From NCBI GenBank assembly GCA_965222375.1, contig CBDCTZ010000005.1:32001-96000 (forward strand): 64,000 nucleotides of DNA, given 5' to 3'. The translations under genes were made by a program, and so were the position numbers. This stretch comes from Polyangiaceae bacterium (GTDB lineage Bacteria; Myxococcota_A; Polyangia; Polyangiales; Polyangiaceae). A model generated the notes under the pieces. The model made no database searches, was not told where the DNA came from, and was given only the letters and a program-made list of their open reading frames with translations. Position 1 is the stretch's first letter. The number at the start of each line of letters is the position of its first letter. Below, piece after piece: positions 28,499 through 37,148 of the stretch.

Positions 28499-30184
28499 AT
28501 GCGCGCGCTACTCGCCTACAGCGGTCTTGGTCTGGCGCTGGCCTGTGGCCCGCGACCGGGCTCGACGCCTGGCGAAGACCAGAAGTTTGGTCACGCTCCC
28601 GGCACCCTCGATGGTGCTCGTTTTCTCGGCGCAGATGCTCAACGGGCCCGCAAAGCAGGCGCGGGCCAAAGCGAAGTGCTCACCGTCGAGCCCGGAGCCA
28701 GCGGTGATCGAGTTACGTCTCTGTTCTGGGTGCCGACCACTGAATGCGCCCTGGTCATTGCACGAGCTTCGGAGAGCGTGGACGACATCGATCTCTTTGT
28801 TTACGGTGACGACGGCACATCCTTCGGAAGCGACGAAGCCCCAGACAAGTCGCCCTCCGTGCTGCTCTGCCCGCCCCACCCACGGCGCATGCTGGCGGTC
28901 GCTCGAGTCGCTAGCGGGCATGGCGTCGTTGCTTTGGGCGTGCAGCGGGTACCCAAGAGCCAGGCTGCTGCGGTACGACGATCCATCAAGAGCCGTACGG
29001 ACAAAAGCGCGTCCTTGCGGGAGCGCGCGCGGGTAAACGCACGAGTAGCGGACCATCGGCAACAGCTGGGCGGCCGCTGGCGCGAGCTGCGGCGCATTGC
29101 GCTTCCCGCTGACGCACGCGTACCCACCCGATCGTCCCTCGCGCTGCGGGCGGATAGGTGCATAGACGTGCTCGCAGTGCCCAGCCGCGGCGTGGGCCCG
29201 ATGGATCTCGACCTGATCAATAGCGATGGTCGCGTCGTTGGCCGCGGCTACGTGGACGGTCGAGACCGTTTCGTCGTCGCCTGCTCCGGCCGAGATACCC
29301 ACCTCACCGTCCAGCTACGCCCGCGCTCGGGCAGCGGGACGGCGTGGTTGATGGTCGCGGAAAGCGAGGTCGGCGCGCAGGCCACTCTGGCAAGCTACGC
29401 CGGCCTGATCGATCTCGGGCCTGTTCAGACCCTGGCAAAGACCCGAGCGCAACTGGAAGAATCCCTGGGAAAACAGCCCTACGCTGCCGCGAGGGTGCTG
29501 TATCAAGGCACTCTGAAGACCGGACTACGCAGCAGCGTCGTCGTCCCCAAGGCGCCGGGCTGCCGCCGGGTCGACGTGATCGGTGGCACACCGCTATTCG
29601 GCATGCGCACCTGGGCGTACTCCGATGGGGGGCTGCTGCTGGCCCAGGCGCAGGGAGCCGGTCGCACGAGCATGCTCTTGTGTGGGAACGCACCCGCGCG
29701 CCTGGACCTCGAAGCGCAGCTCTCGCCCGGCCCGGTCGTGGCAGTCGTTCGCGGCGAACCCGATCCGCCGCCTGTCTTAAGCAAGCACCCCCTGGCCGCC
29801 AGTCGACTCATGTCCGCGGTATGGAGCCGCGGCAGCGCGATACTGAGCCGGGAGATCAGCGGCGTAGTGGCCAAACAGCTGAGCCCGACTGCCTTGGCCC
29901 GAGCTCAGGTGCGAGTCCCCTTGCGCCGTTGCGTGGATTTCTTCGCGGCGCTGGACCGAGGGGCGTACGGCTTGGAGCTGCGACTCCTAGACGTTCAGAG
30001 CAATCAGGAACTGTCCCGCAGCCACGGCTCCTATGCAGCGTCAGCCCGCCTATGCACCGACAAGGGCACTATCGACGCGCGAGTAGAACTGGAGGTGCAG
30101 AGCGGAAGGGCTCCAGCGCTTTTCGCCACCCGGATGACGAACCTGACTCCCCGAGCCTCAGGGCGTCGCTCGCAGGGGCACTAG
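28499..30184 (+). CDS. Hypothetical lipoprotein with repeated beta-sandwich-like modules
   Basis: Lipobox ALAC; four repeats of pattern C..V.A....DL....G.......C. Confidence 0.7.
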   Translation: MRALLAYSGLGLALACGPRPGSTPGEDQKFGHAPGTLDGARFLGADAQRARKAGAGQSEVLTVEPGASGDRVTSLFWVPTTECALVIARASESVDDIDLFVYGDDGTSFGSDEAPDKSPSVLLCPPHPRRMLAVARVASGHGVVALGVQRVPKSQAAAVRRSIKSRTDKSASLRERARVNARVADHRQQLGGRWRELRRIALPADARVPTRSSLALRADRCIDVLAVPSRGVGPMDLDLINSDGRVVGRGYVDGRDRFVVACSGRDTHLTVQLRPRSGSGTAWLMVAESEVGAQATLASYAGLIDLGPVQTLAKTRAQLEESLGKQPYAAARVLYQGTLKTGLRSSVVVPKAPGCRRVDVIGGTPLFGMRTWAYSDGGLLLAQAQGAGRTSMLLCGNAPARLDLEAQLSPGPVVAVVRGEPDPPPVLSKHPLAASRLMSAVWSRGSAILSREISGVVAKQLSPTALARAQVRVPLRRCVDFFAALDRGAYGLELRLLDVQSNQELSRSHGSYAASARLCTDKGTIDARVELEVQSGRAPALFATRMTNLTPRASGRRSQGH

Positions 30185-31036
30185 ATCTCGGCTGACCACG
30201 CTTCGTTTTCGCCCCGAGCCATCCTCGACCTCCACCTCATCGTCCTTGTCCTCGGCGATTCTCACAATCAGGTACGGCCGCCATGCTCCGGCGGTCGTTT
30301 TCGGACGCACGAGGGCGAACTGACCTTGGCGTAGTTCGACGTGTTTGTAAGGCGGTTCGGGGATCACTTTAGAGCGAGCAGTCTCACCATCCCGCCCATC
30401 GGCTGCGAACCGGACACGGTAGCCCTCATCTTCGATCTCCACGATCTGCGCAGAGAACCAGCCTTCTTTCGCTCGCACGATCACTCGCTCTTTGGGGCCA
30501 GCCCGCCAACCCGCAGCAACGGCGGGGCTGCCGGCCTTGGCGACTGCCGCAGTGAACTCTCGGAACTTCTTGTGACGAGCGAAATTGCGTCGGATGTTGA
30601 GCACGGTGATCGGAGATGCGGGCAAGGCATCCGCGGGTTTAAGCGTGAACACGTCTCCCTCTGGTGAGCGAGCTTTCACTCCTTTCGCAAGCACTTGATC
30701 GATCTGACACGCTTCCCACTTCTTGGCTGCCCGCTTGCACACCGCGAACTGTCCCGCTGCGAGCTCAGCGCGGGATTTCGACAGCAAGTAGGCGTCGGCA
30801 ATCGCAACAAGGTGCGACTCTCCGGTGTCCAGTTGTTCGACTTTCATCTTGTCGCGCTTGACCTCGAGCACGCGTGCCTCGAAGAACTCGGAGGCGCGTG
30901 GTTCAACGACAACATGATCGCCTCGGGCTGGCGCGGCGCGCTGCGATGGGTCGCTCTTCGAGCCCTCGCTCTTGGAACACCCACAATGTGCGACCATGAC
31001 TCCCGTCGTCGCCAAAAAGAACCACAATTTCGACAT
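30158..31036 (-). CDS. Lipoprotein with tandem Tudor/SH3-like repeats
   Basis: Signal ending HCGC; repeats such as GDHVVV...FFEARVLEV and ERVIVR..GWFSAQIVEIEDEGYRVRF. Confidence 0.65.
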   Translation of the reverse strand: MSKLWFFLATTGVMVAHCGCSKSEGSKSDPSQRAAPARGDHVVVEPRASEFFEARVLEVKRDKMKVEQLDTGESHLVAIADAYLLSKSRAELAAGQFAVCKRAAKKWEACQIDQVLAKGVKARSPEGDVFTLKPADALPASPITVLNIRRNFARHKKFREFTAAVAKAGSPAVAAGWRAGPKERVIVRAKEGWFSAQIVEIEDEGYRVRFAADGRDGETARSKVIPEPPYKHVELRQGQFALVRPKTTAGAWRPYLIVRIAEDKDDEVEVEDGSGRKRSVVSRDLVPLRATP

Positions 31037-31202
31037 GTTACGTTCGTGTCACCGACAGAATGTGCATCAACCGCGCGCAGAGGTGGCAAATTGAATGCCT
31101 TTCGGTTTACCCTCCGGCCGCCGAGGGGACAGAAACGGCATTTTCCAAGCGATTACGGTCTCCAAGATTGACTAGCAGACTTTGCGGAAGAGGAGCACGG
31201 AC

Positions 31203-31679
31203 ATGATGGATCAGCTGAGCGTCGTTCATGCACAGGGTGGTGGATATGGGCCTCCCCCAGGGGGATACGGTGGCGCACCGCCTCCCGGTGGTTACGGCGC
31301 GCCTCCCGGTGGAGCGCCAGGTGCCCCGCCAGGTGGGCCCCCGCCCGGTGGGATGCCGATGGCTCCTCCCGGCGGTGTCGCAGCGCCCGGAATGGGCGGC
31401 GGAAACCCGGATTTGAAGAAGCAAACCCAGACCTGGCTGATCATCGCCCTGGTCACGTGGTTCTTTTGCGCGAACGGTTGCTTTGGCTTGATCGGCGCAG
31501 TGCTCGCTTACATGGCGGGTCAGGCGGCGGATCAAGGCAACATTGCCGACGCAGAGAGCAAGCTCAAGTGGTCGAAGATCCTCACCATTGTGGGTCTCGT
31601 GTTGAGCGTGCTCGGTATCATCGCCTACGTGCTGTTCATGTTCGTGTTCGCTGCCAGCAGCGCAGCGTCCGGCATGTGA
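31203..31679 (+). CDS. Pro/Gly-rich membrane protein (CD225/DUF4190-like)
   Basis: GAGGAG RBS; GYGAPP repeats; two hydrophobic segments joined by AGQAADQGNIADAESK. Confidence 0.75.
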   Translation: MMDQLSVVHAQGGGYGPPPGGYGGAPPPGGYGAPPGGAPGAPPGGPPPGGMPMAPPGGVAAPGMGGGNPDLKKQTQTWLIIALVTWFFCANGCFGLIGAVLAYMAGQAADQGNIADAESKLKWSKILTIVGLVLSVLGIIAYVLFMFVFAASSAASGM

Positions 31680-31705
31680 GTCCGGCGACCTAGCCAAATT
31701 GGACG

Positions 31706-31741
31706 AAGCGGGATCCGGTCACCGGGTCCCGCTTTTCCTTT
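31706..31741 (+). terminator. Intrinsic terminator
   Basis: AAGCGGGATCCGG-TCA-CCGGGTCCCGCTT followed by TTCCTTT, 27 nt after the stop. Confidence 0.75.
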
Positions 31742-31796
31742 GGAAATCCGCCCCCAGGGAAACGCCGCCAGAAAACCTGCTATTGTTCAGGTTGCA

Positions 31797-33041
31797 ATGG
31801 CTCTACGGCGTCTTGGCATGTCGGCCGCGCTGGCCCTGAGCATGGGCTGCACGGCCTTTGACGGCGCCGACGCTTTGCTGACCGAAGGGGATTCCGGGGT
31901 CGCCGGCAGCAGCGGCGCGGGCGGCGTGGGCAACGCCGGTGGATTTCCGTCAAGTGGGGGCGGCGGCAACGCTGGAAGCAGTGGCGCGGCCGGCGGTGGA
32001 GCGGCTGGCTCCAGCAGCGGCGGCACGTCGAGTGGCGGCGCCAGCAGCGGCGGCGCGTCGAGTGGCGGCGCCAGCAGCGGCGGCACGTCGAGTGGCGGCG
32101 CCAGCAGCGGTGGCACGTCGAGCGGCGGAGGCGGTGGCACGCCCCAATGCAGTGGCAATGCAGACTGTGCGGATTCCAATCCTTGCACGAAGAACGTCTG
32201 TGTCTCCAAGCAGTGCCAGAACAGCTTCGAGCCAAACGGAAAAGACTGCGGCAACGGTACGGTCTGTGACGGCGTGGAGGCTTGCGACGGCAACGGAGTG
32301 TGCAAACCCGGCACGCCCCCGCAGATCAACGACAACAACGCCTGCACCGTGGACACCTGTCATCCAGTCAACGGCGTGAAGCACACTCCCGTCGACGTCG
32401 ACGACAATAACGCCTGCACCAACGACAGCTGCAACCCGGCCACCGGTGTCATCAGTCATACACCGGTGAACATCGACGACGGCAATGACTGCACCGTCGA
32501 CAGCTGCGATCCGAGCACCGGCGTCAAACACACGACGGTGCCCAGCGTGAACCAGTGTGGCTTGAGCTGTCCCTCGGGCTACTACCCGAAGTCCTACAGC
32601 TACAGCTCTAGCTGCGGCGGTTCTTGCTGCTCCAGCAACCGCGCCAATTGTGGCTTTGCGTGCGGCAGCAGTTTCACCCAGTGCGGCCTGAATTGCACTT
32701 CTGGCTACCACCCCACGTCCTACAGCTACAGCTCCAGTTGCGGTGGCTCTTGCTGCTCCAACAACCGCGCCAATTGCGCCAAAAACAGCGGCAATAGCTT
32801 CACCCAATGCGGGCTGTCCTGCCCCTCGGGTTACCACCCCACGTCCTACAGCTACAGCTCCAGTTGCGGTGGCTCTTGCTGCTCCAACAATCGAGCCAAC
32901 TGCGCGGTCAATTCCGGGTCATCTTTCACCCAGTGCGGACTGATCTGCCCCTCGGGCTATACCGCGACGAGTACGTCCTATAGCTCCAGTTGCGGAGGCT
33001 CCTGTTGCAGTCACAATCGCGCGAACTGCAAGAAGATCTGA
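31797..33041 (+). CDS. Cys-rich repeat lipoprotein
   Basis: Lipobox SMGC; Gly/Ser linker; DxNxCTxDxC repeats (Dictyostelium-repeat-like); four 42-aa Cys repeats. Confidence 0.85.
   Translation: MALRRLGMSAALALSMGCTAFDGADALLTEGDSGVAGSSGAGGVGNAGGFPSSGGGGNAGSSGAAGGGAAGSSSGGTSSGGASSGGASSGGASSGGTSSGGASSGGTSSGGGGGTPQCSGNADCADSNPCTKNVCVSKQCQNSFEPNGKDCGNGTVCDGVEACDGNGVCKPGTPPQINDNNACTVDTCHPVNGVKHTPVDVDDNNACTNDSCNPATGVISHTPVNIDDGNDCTVDSCDPSTGVKHTTVPSVNQCGLSCPSGYYPKSYSYSSSCGGSCCSSNRANCGFACGSSFTQCGLNCTSGYHPTSYSYSSSCGGSCCSNNRANCAKNSGNSFTQCGLSCPSGYHPTSYSYSSSCGGSCCSNNRANCAVNSGSSFTQCGLICPSGYTATSTSYSSSCGGSCCSHNRANCKKI
32011..32128 (+). repeat. 30-bp coding tandem repeat, about 4 copies
   Basis: CCAGCAGCGGCGGCRCGTCGAGTGGCGGCG units encoding SSGG(T/A)SSGGA. 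Confidence 0.9.
32550..33032 (+). repeat. 126-bp coding tandem repeat, 4 copies
   Basis: QCG starts at 32553, 32679, 32805, 32931; unit QCGLxCxSGYxxxSxSYSSSCGGSCCSxNRANC. Confidence 0.9.
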
Positions 33042-33045
33042 TTTT

Positions 33046-34851
33046 TCACTCGTAGGGGTTTGCTTCCAAGCCGGGGTTGGCCGGAGCAGGCTTCGGCTTG
33101 CCCACCGGCCGGGGCGCCGCCGCTGCGGGGCGCGGCGGCGGCGCAGCCTTGGGAGCCGGGGCAGTGACACTCCGCACCCGAAGCGCCATGTTTTCTTTGG
33201 GCGACAGGGTTTCTTCGACGGAACTGCCGTCTGCGAACACGACCGTAAGCTTCGTGTCCTGCTCCGAGCGTGGCAAAGAGAGACTGACTCCGTTGTCGAT
33301 GAACTTGATGTCCGCCACGCCCGTGCCGCGCACTTCACTGACGCCCTGATCGGCCCGAATCGTGATGCGCACGCGGGCCGGCAGAGGTGCAGCCTTCTGC
33401 GCCACCGAGGCAGACGTTTTGGGAGCCGAAGCTGCCACGGCCGGCGGCACCACCGCGTCTGCAGGACTGGGGTCCGAACGCAGCCACATGGCCAAAGCGA
33501 CCAATGTCCCCGCCATCAAGAGCCCTCCCGCTGCCGCACCGGCCACGACCATCCGGCGCTTGGCCCGGTACGCTTCGAGTTCTTCAGGCGTGAGCGCCTG
33601 AATGATCTTCACGCTGTCCAAAGTCAGTGGGGCACTCGTGCCAGCCCCAGAGCCAGTGCCACCGCCGACGCCCGGCACTGCCGGAGAGCCCCGCAGCGCT
33701 GGGGGACGGCGGCCTCCCGAGAGCACCTCCGACAAACTCTTGCGCTTCTTGCTGACGTCGTTTCCGCAGAACTCGTGCACCAAACGCGCAATGTCGGTGG
33801 GCGAAGCGATCTCACCCGCATTTTTGCCCCAGGCGGAAAGGGCGTCCGCAAAAGTCTGCGCCGAAGCGAACCGATCATTGGGGTGCAGCCCAAGGGCACG
33901 CATCACGATGGTTTCGAGATCTGCGGGAATGCTCGAATCCACGGAAGTGGGCTTGCGGTAGTCCCCGCTGGTAATCGCAAGCAACACCTGCCCGTCGCCG
34001 TCAGCGTCGAAGAGACGCGCACCCGTGAGCAGCTCCCACGCCACGATCCCCATCGCAAAAACGTCCACGCGGCGATCCAGAGCCCCGCCTCGCGCCTGCT
34101 CCGGCGCCATGTACCGGAACTTACCTTTAGCGAGACCGGTGGCGGTGTTGACGCTGCGCTCTGCGGCCTTGGCAATGCCGAAATCCGTGAGCCGCACGGA
34201 GCCGTCCACGCCAAGCAGGATGTTGTGCGGCGTGGCGTCGCGATGCACGATACCCAAGGGTCGACCCTCCAAGCTGCATTGCTCGTGCGCCGCGTGCAGG
34301 CCCTGCAGGGCATCGACCAGAACCCGCAGCGCCGCCGGTCGCGAAATCCGCTCCCCACGTTTGCGGGCACCCCGCATCACCGATGCCAGGCTGGCCCCCT
34401 CCACGTAGTCCATGACGAGGAGGTGTTCACCGTCTGCCTCGTGCACGTCATGGACGTTGACCACGTTGGGGTGACGAATCAGGCTGGCGATGCGAGCCTC
34501 GTCCATGAATGACGCCGCAAGCTCCGGCTCCTTCGCCACGTGCGGATGCATCCGCTTGATCGCGACCAACCGCTCGAAGCCCCCGGCGCCGAACTGCCGC
34601 CCCACGTACACCGTGGCCATGCCACCCGAGGCCAACTCCAGCAAGAGCTCGTAACGCCCCACCCGCGGCGCGTTGGTTTGCGGCGACGAGGGAAGCTCCT
34701 GCACGACCGCGTGACCCATGGTGCTGCCCCCCTGGGCCATGGGGCTCGCGGCCGCCGTGGGGGAGGACAAAAGCTCGGGGTCCCGAGCCTGGGTGAGTTC
34801 GATGTCCGACAGCGACACCTCTTGCATGATGTCGTCGTCGCGACCTGCCAT
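33046..34851 (-). CDS. Membrane Ser/Thr protein kinase
   Basis: LASGGMATVY, VAIKRM, HRDATPHN, DFG, YMAPEQ; TM helix; Pro-rich tail ending NPYE. Confidence 0.93.
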   Translation of the reverse strand: MAGRDDDIMQEVSLSDIELTQARDPELLSSPTAAASPMAQGGSTMGHAVVQELPSSPQTNAPRVGRYELLLELASGGMATVYVGRQFGAGGFERLVAIKRMHPHVAKEPELAASFMDEARIASLIRHPNVVNVHDVHEADGEHLLVMDYVEGASLASVMRGARKRGERISRPAALRVLVDALQGLHAAHEQCSLEGRPLGIVHRDATPHNILLGVDGSVRLTDFGIAKAAERSVNTATGLAKGKFRYMAPEQARGGALDRRVDVFAMGIVAWELLTGARLFDADGDGQVLLAITSGDYRKPTSVDSSIPADLETIVMRALGLHPNDRFASAQTFADALSAWGKNAGEIASPTDIARLVHEFCGNDVSKKRKSLSEVLSGGRRPPALRGSPAVPGVGGGTGSGAGTSAPLTLDSVKIIQALTPEELEAYRAKRRMVVAGAAAGGLLMAGTLVALAMWLRSDPSPADAVVPPAVAASAPKTSASVAQKAAPLPARVRITIRADQGVSEVRGTGVADIKFIDNGVSLSLPRSEQDTKLTVVFADGSSVEETLSPKENMALRVRSVTAPAPKAAPPPRPAAAAPRPVGKPKPAPANPGLEANPYE

Positions 34852-35798
34852 TAGAATGACCCTATCAGCCCGACGTAGCTGGGGCCGATTCGCAGATCGA
34901 GCGCTACGTCACCACCCTCCGGCGGCGGGGGCGGCTTCTTCCCGGAAAAATCCGTGAAGTACGCAATGACCCCAGTCGCCACACCCGCGAGCGCCGTCAC
35001 CCCCAACAGCAAGTTCGTGCGCTTCTGCTTGGACTCACCCTCTTCGAGCCCGTCCGGGGTCGGATTCTTGTCGAACTCATCTCGCGCACTGTTGGTATCC
35101 AGCCCACTCCACACGGTGGCACCCGCCAGTACGACCGTCGCGCTGACGCCAACGTAGAAGATAGTGGGGCTCAGTCCCTTGGCCTCGTCGTCAGCTTCAT
35201 CCGGGGGCGCGTCCTCCTCGGGCAACTCCTCATCCAGAGTTGCTACGGCTTTCGCCTTCTTGGGCTCCAGAGTCACGCGTTCCAGACTGCCGGCCACGAC
35301 GTTGACGTTGCGCCGAGCCTTGGTGTACCCGAACCGCCCCGCGACTTGATGGTCCCCGGGGTTGACGTAGGTCTCTTCTAACTCCAAGGGCTCCCCGTTC
35401 AGAGTGATGTCCTCGGCGTCGACGGCGATGACCGTGATTCTGCCCAACTTGGGTCGCAGCTCCGCCAGCAGCCCCCGCGCCTTGTCACGGCGTTTGTCAT
35501 CTTCCGGCGCATCCCGCAGGTAGCGGGCGCAGAGATTCGCAGCTGGCGCCAACTCGCCCGCGCGCTCATAGGCTTTCGCGGCGTTGAACAGCGCCGCCGG
35601 GTGCGGTGCGACTGAATTGGCTTCTTCGAAGGCCGCGGCTGCCGCCAGATAGTCGTGCTTCTTGAAAGCCGCGGTGCCTTTGCGGAACAGGGCCGCGGCT
35701 TCTTTCTTTTGCGCTGGGGTGACCTCTGCGGCTGTCGCCGAACCCGCGAGGCTAAGCGCGAGACACGCGACTAGGGCGTATGCAGACCTGCGCAGCAT
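34851..35798 (-). CDS. Exported TPR protein (TPR plus PEGA-like and membrane segments)
   Basis: Signal peptide; AAALFRKG...FEEA...PHPAALFNAAKAYE; TAATG coupling to the kinase. Confidence 0.8.
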   Translation of the reverse strand: MLRRSAYALVACLALSLAGSATAAEVTPAQKKEAAALFRKGTAAFKKHDYLAAAAAFEEANSVAPHPAALFNAAKAYERAGELAPAANLCARYLRDAPEDDKRRDKARGLLAELRPKLGRITVIAVDAEDITLNGEPLELEETYVNPGDHQVAGRFGYTKARRNVNVVAGSLERVTLEPKKAKAVATLDEELPEEDAPPDEADDEAKGLSPTIFYVGVSATVVLAGATVWSGLDTNSARDEFDKNPTPDGLEEGESKQKRTNLLLGVTALAGVATGVIAYFTDFSGKKPPPPPEGGDVALDLRIGPSYVGLIGSF

Positions 35799-35873
35799 TG
35801 AGCCCAAGAGTACCCCGAACGTGCAAAAGCAGCCACGGAATGGGAGGGATTTGGCCCCAAGGCTTCCCTAGCG

Positions 35874-37034
35874 TCACATCGCCTTCAGGTAGATCTCGGC
35901 CAAAATCTCCGGGGTGACCGGCTTGGGTGTGGTCAAGATCAGGGGGTCGGCCAGGGCGTCCTCCACCAGCGAAGGCACCAGCTCCTCGGTGATGCCTAGC
36001 TCTGCGCCAGGCTTGTCGGTTCCCAGGTCCGAACTGAGCGACTGCACGGCGGCGATGGCCTTCTCGGCATTTTCTTTCGCACTGGCGGCGCTGTCGTAGA
36101 CGCCGAACGATAGCGCGACCTGCACCAACTTTCCCTCACACACGTCGAGGTGAAAACGTAGCACGTGGGGCAAGAGGGTCGCCAAGGCTTGGCCATGCGC
36201 GGCGTCGAATCGCGCCGACAGTGGGTGCCCCAATGCGTGACAAACCCCCAAGCCGGAACTGGAAAACGCCAGCCCGGCAACATGCGCTGCGCACAGCATT
36301 TGGGCGCGAGCTTCCAGGTCCTTGCCATCTGCGAAGGCCTTCGGCAGGTGGGCGTAGACCATCGCCATCGCCCGCAGAGCCAGAGCCTCGGAGACCGGAT
36401 TGGCGCGGGTCGCCATCAAGGACTCCAGGGCATGGGTCAGGGCGTCCATCCCCGTCATCGCCGTGACGTTCTTGGGCAACCCGAGCGTGAGCTCGGGATC
36501 GAGAACGACCAACTCGGGCAAGACGCTGGGGTGGGCCACCAATACTTTGCGCTTCAGCTTTTCGTCGGTCACCACCCCGAACATGTTGGTCTCGGAACCC
36601 GTTCCGGCGGTGGTTGGAACGCAAATCACAGGCAGCCCCGGCCGCTCGGGTTTTTGACCGAAGCGCACGGCGTCCACCCCGCCACCGTTGGGTGCACAGA
36701 GCGCAATCGCCTTCGCCGCGTCGATGACCGACCCACCGCCAACCGCGATGATTACCGGCGCGGCGTCCAAATCCAGCTCCGCCGCGGCGCGCTCCACCGT
36801 CGCCTTTCGCGGGTTGGGCTCGACTTCCGCGAACTGCGTCACGGAAAGCTCCGCGTGGGTTAGAACCTCTTCGACTCGCCCCGCGATCCCTGCCGTGACG
36901 AGGCCTGCATCCGTGACGACGAAGGCAGTCTTTCGGCGCAGGCCGCGAACTCGCTTGCCCAGCTTGTTGATCGAGCCGGCAGCAAAGATGGTTCGCGGCC
37001 CAGGGTGGATTTCGAAACTGTCTGATGCGAGCAC
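35874..37034 (-). CDS. Iron-containing alcohol dehydrogenase
   Basis: GGGSVIDAAK, PTTAGTGSE, DALTHALES, HALGHPLS...HG. Confidence 0.93.
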   Translation of the reverse strand: MLASDSFEIHPGPRTIFAAGSINKLGKRVRGLRRKTAFVVTDAGLVTAGIAGRVEEVLTHAELSVTQFAEVEPNPRKATVERAAAELDLDAAPVIIAVGGGSVIDAAKAIALCAPNGGGVDAVRFGQKPERPGLPVICVPTTAGTGSETNMFGVVTDEKLKRKVLVAHPSVLPELVVLDPELTLGLPKNVTAMTGMDALTHALESLMATRANPVSEALALRAMAMVYAHLPKAFADGKDLEARAQMLCAAHVAGLAFSSSGLGVCHALGHPLSARFDAAHGQALATLLPHVLRFHLDVCEGKLVQVALSFGVYDSAASAKENAEKAIAAVQSLSSDLGTDKPGAELGITEELVPSLVEDALADPLILTTPKPVTPEILAEIYLKAM

Positions 37035-37148
37035 GGCGGCAGCCTAGCATGCTGTCCGCCGCAAGGAAGTGGGGTTGCCGCCCACCCCCCCACACTGCGC
37101 GCAGCCGGCTTGACCTAGCCCGAGGATGTACGGATAGTCCCGGGCTTC

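Noticed and set aside
32011..33032. Tandem repeats as a CRISPR array or DGR template/variable repeats
   Set aside because: In-frame coding repeats with no unique spacers, no cas genes and no adenine-specific variation.
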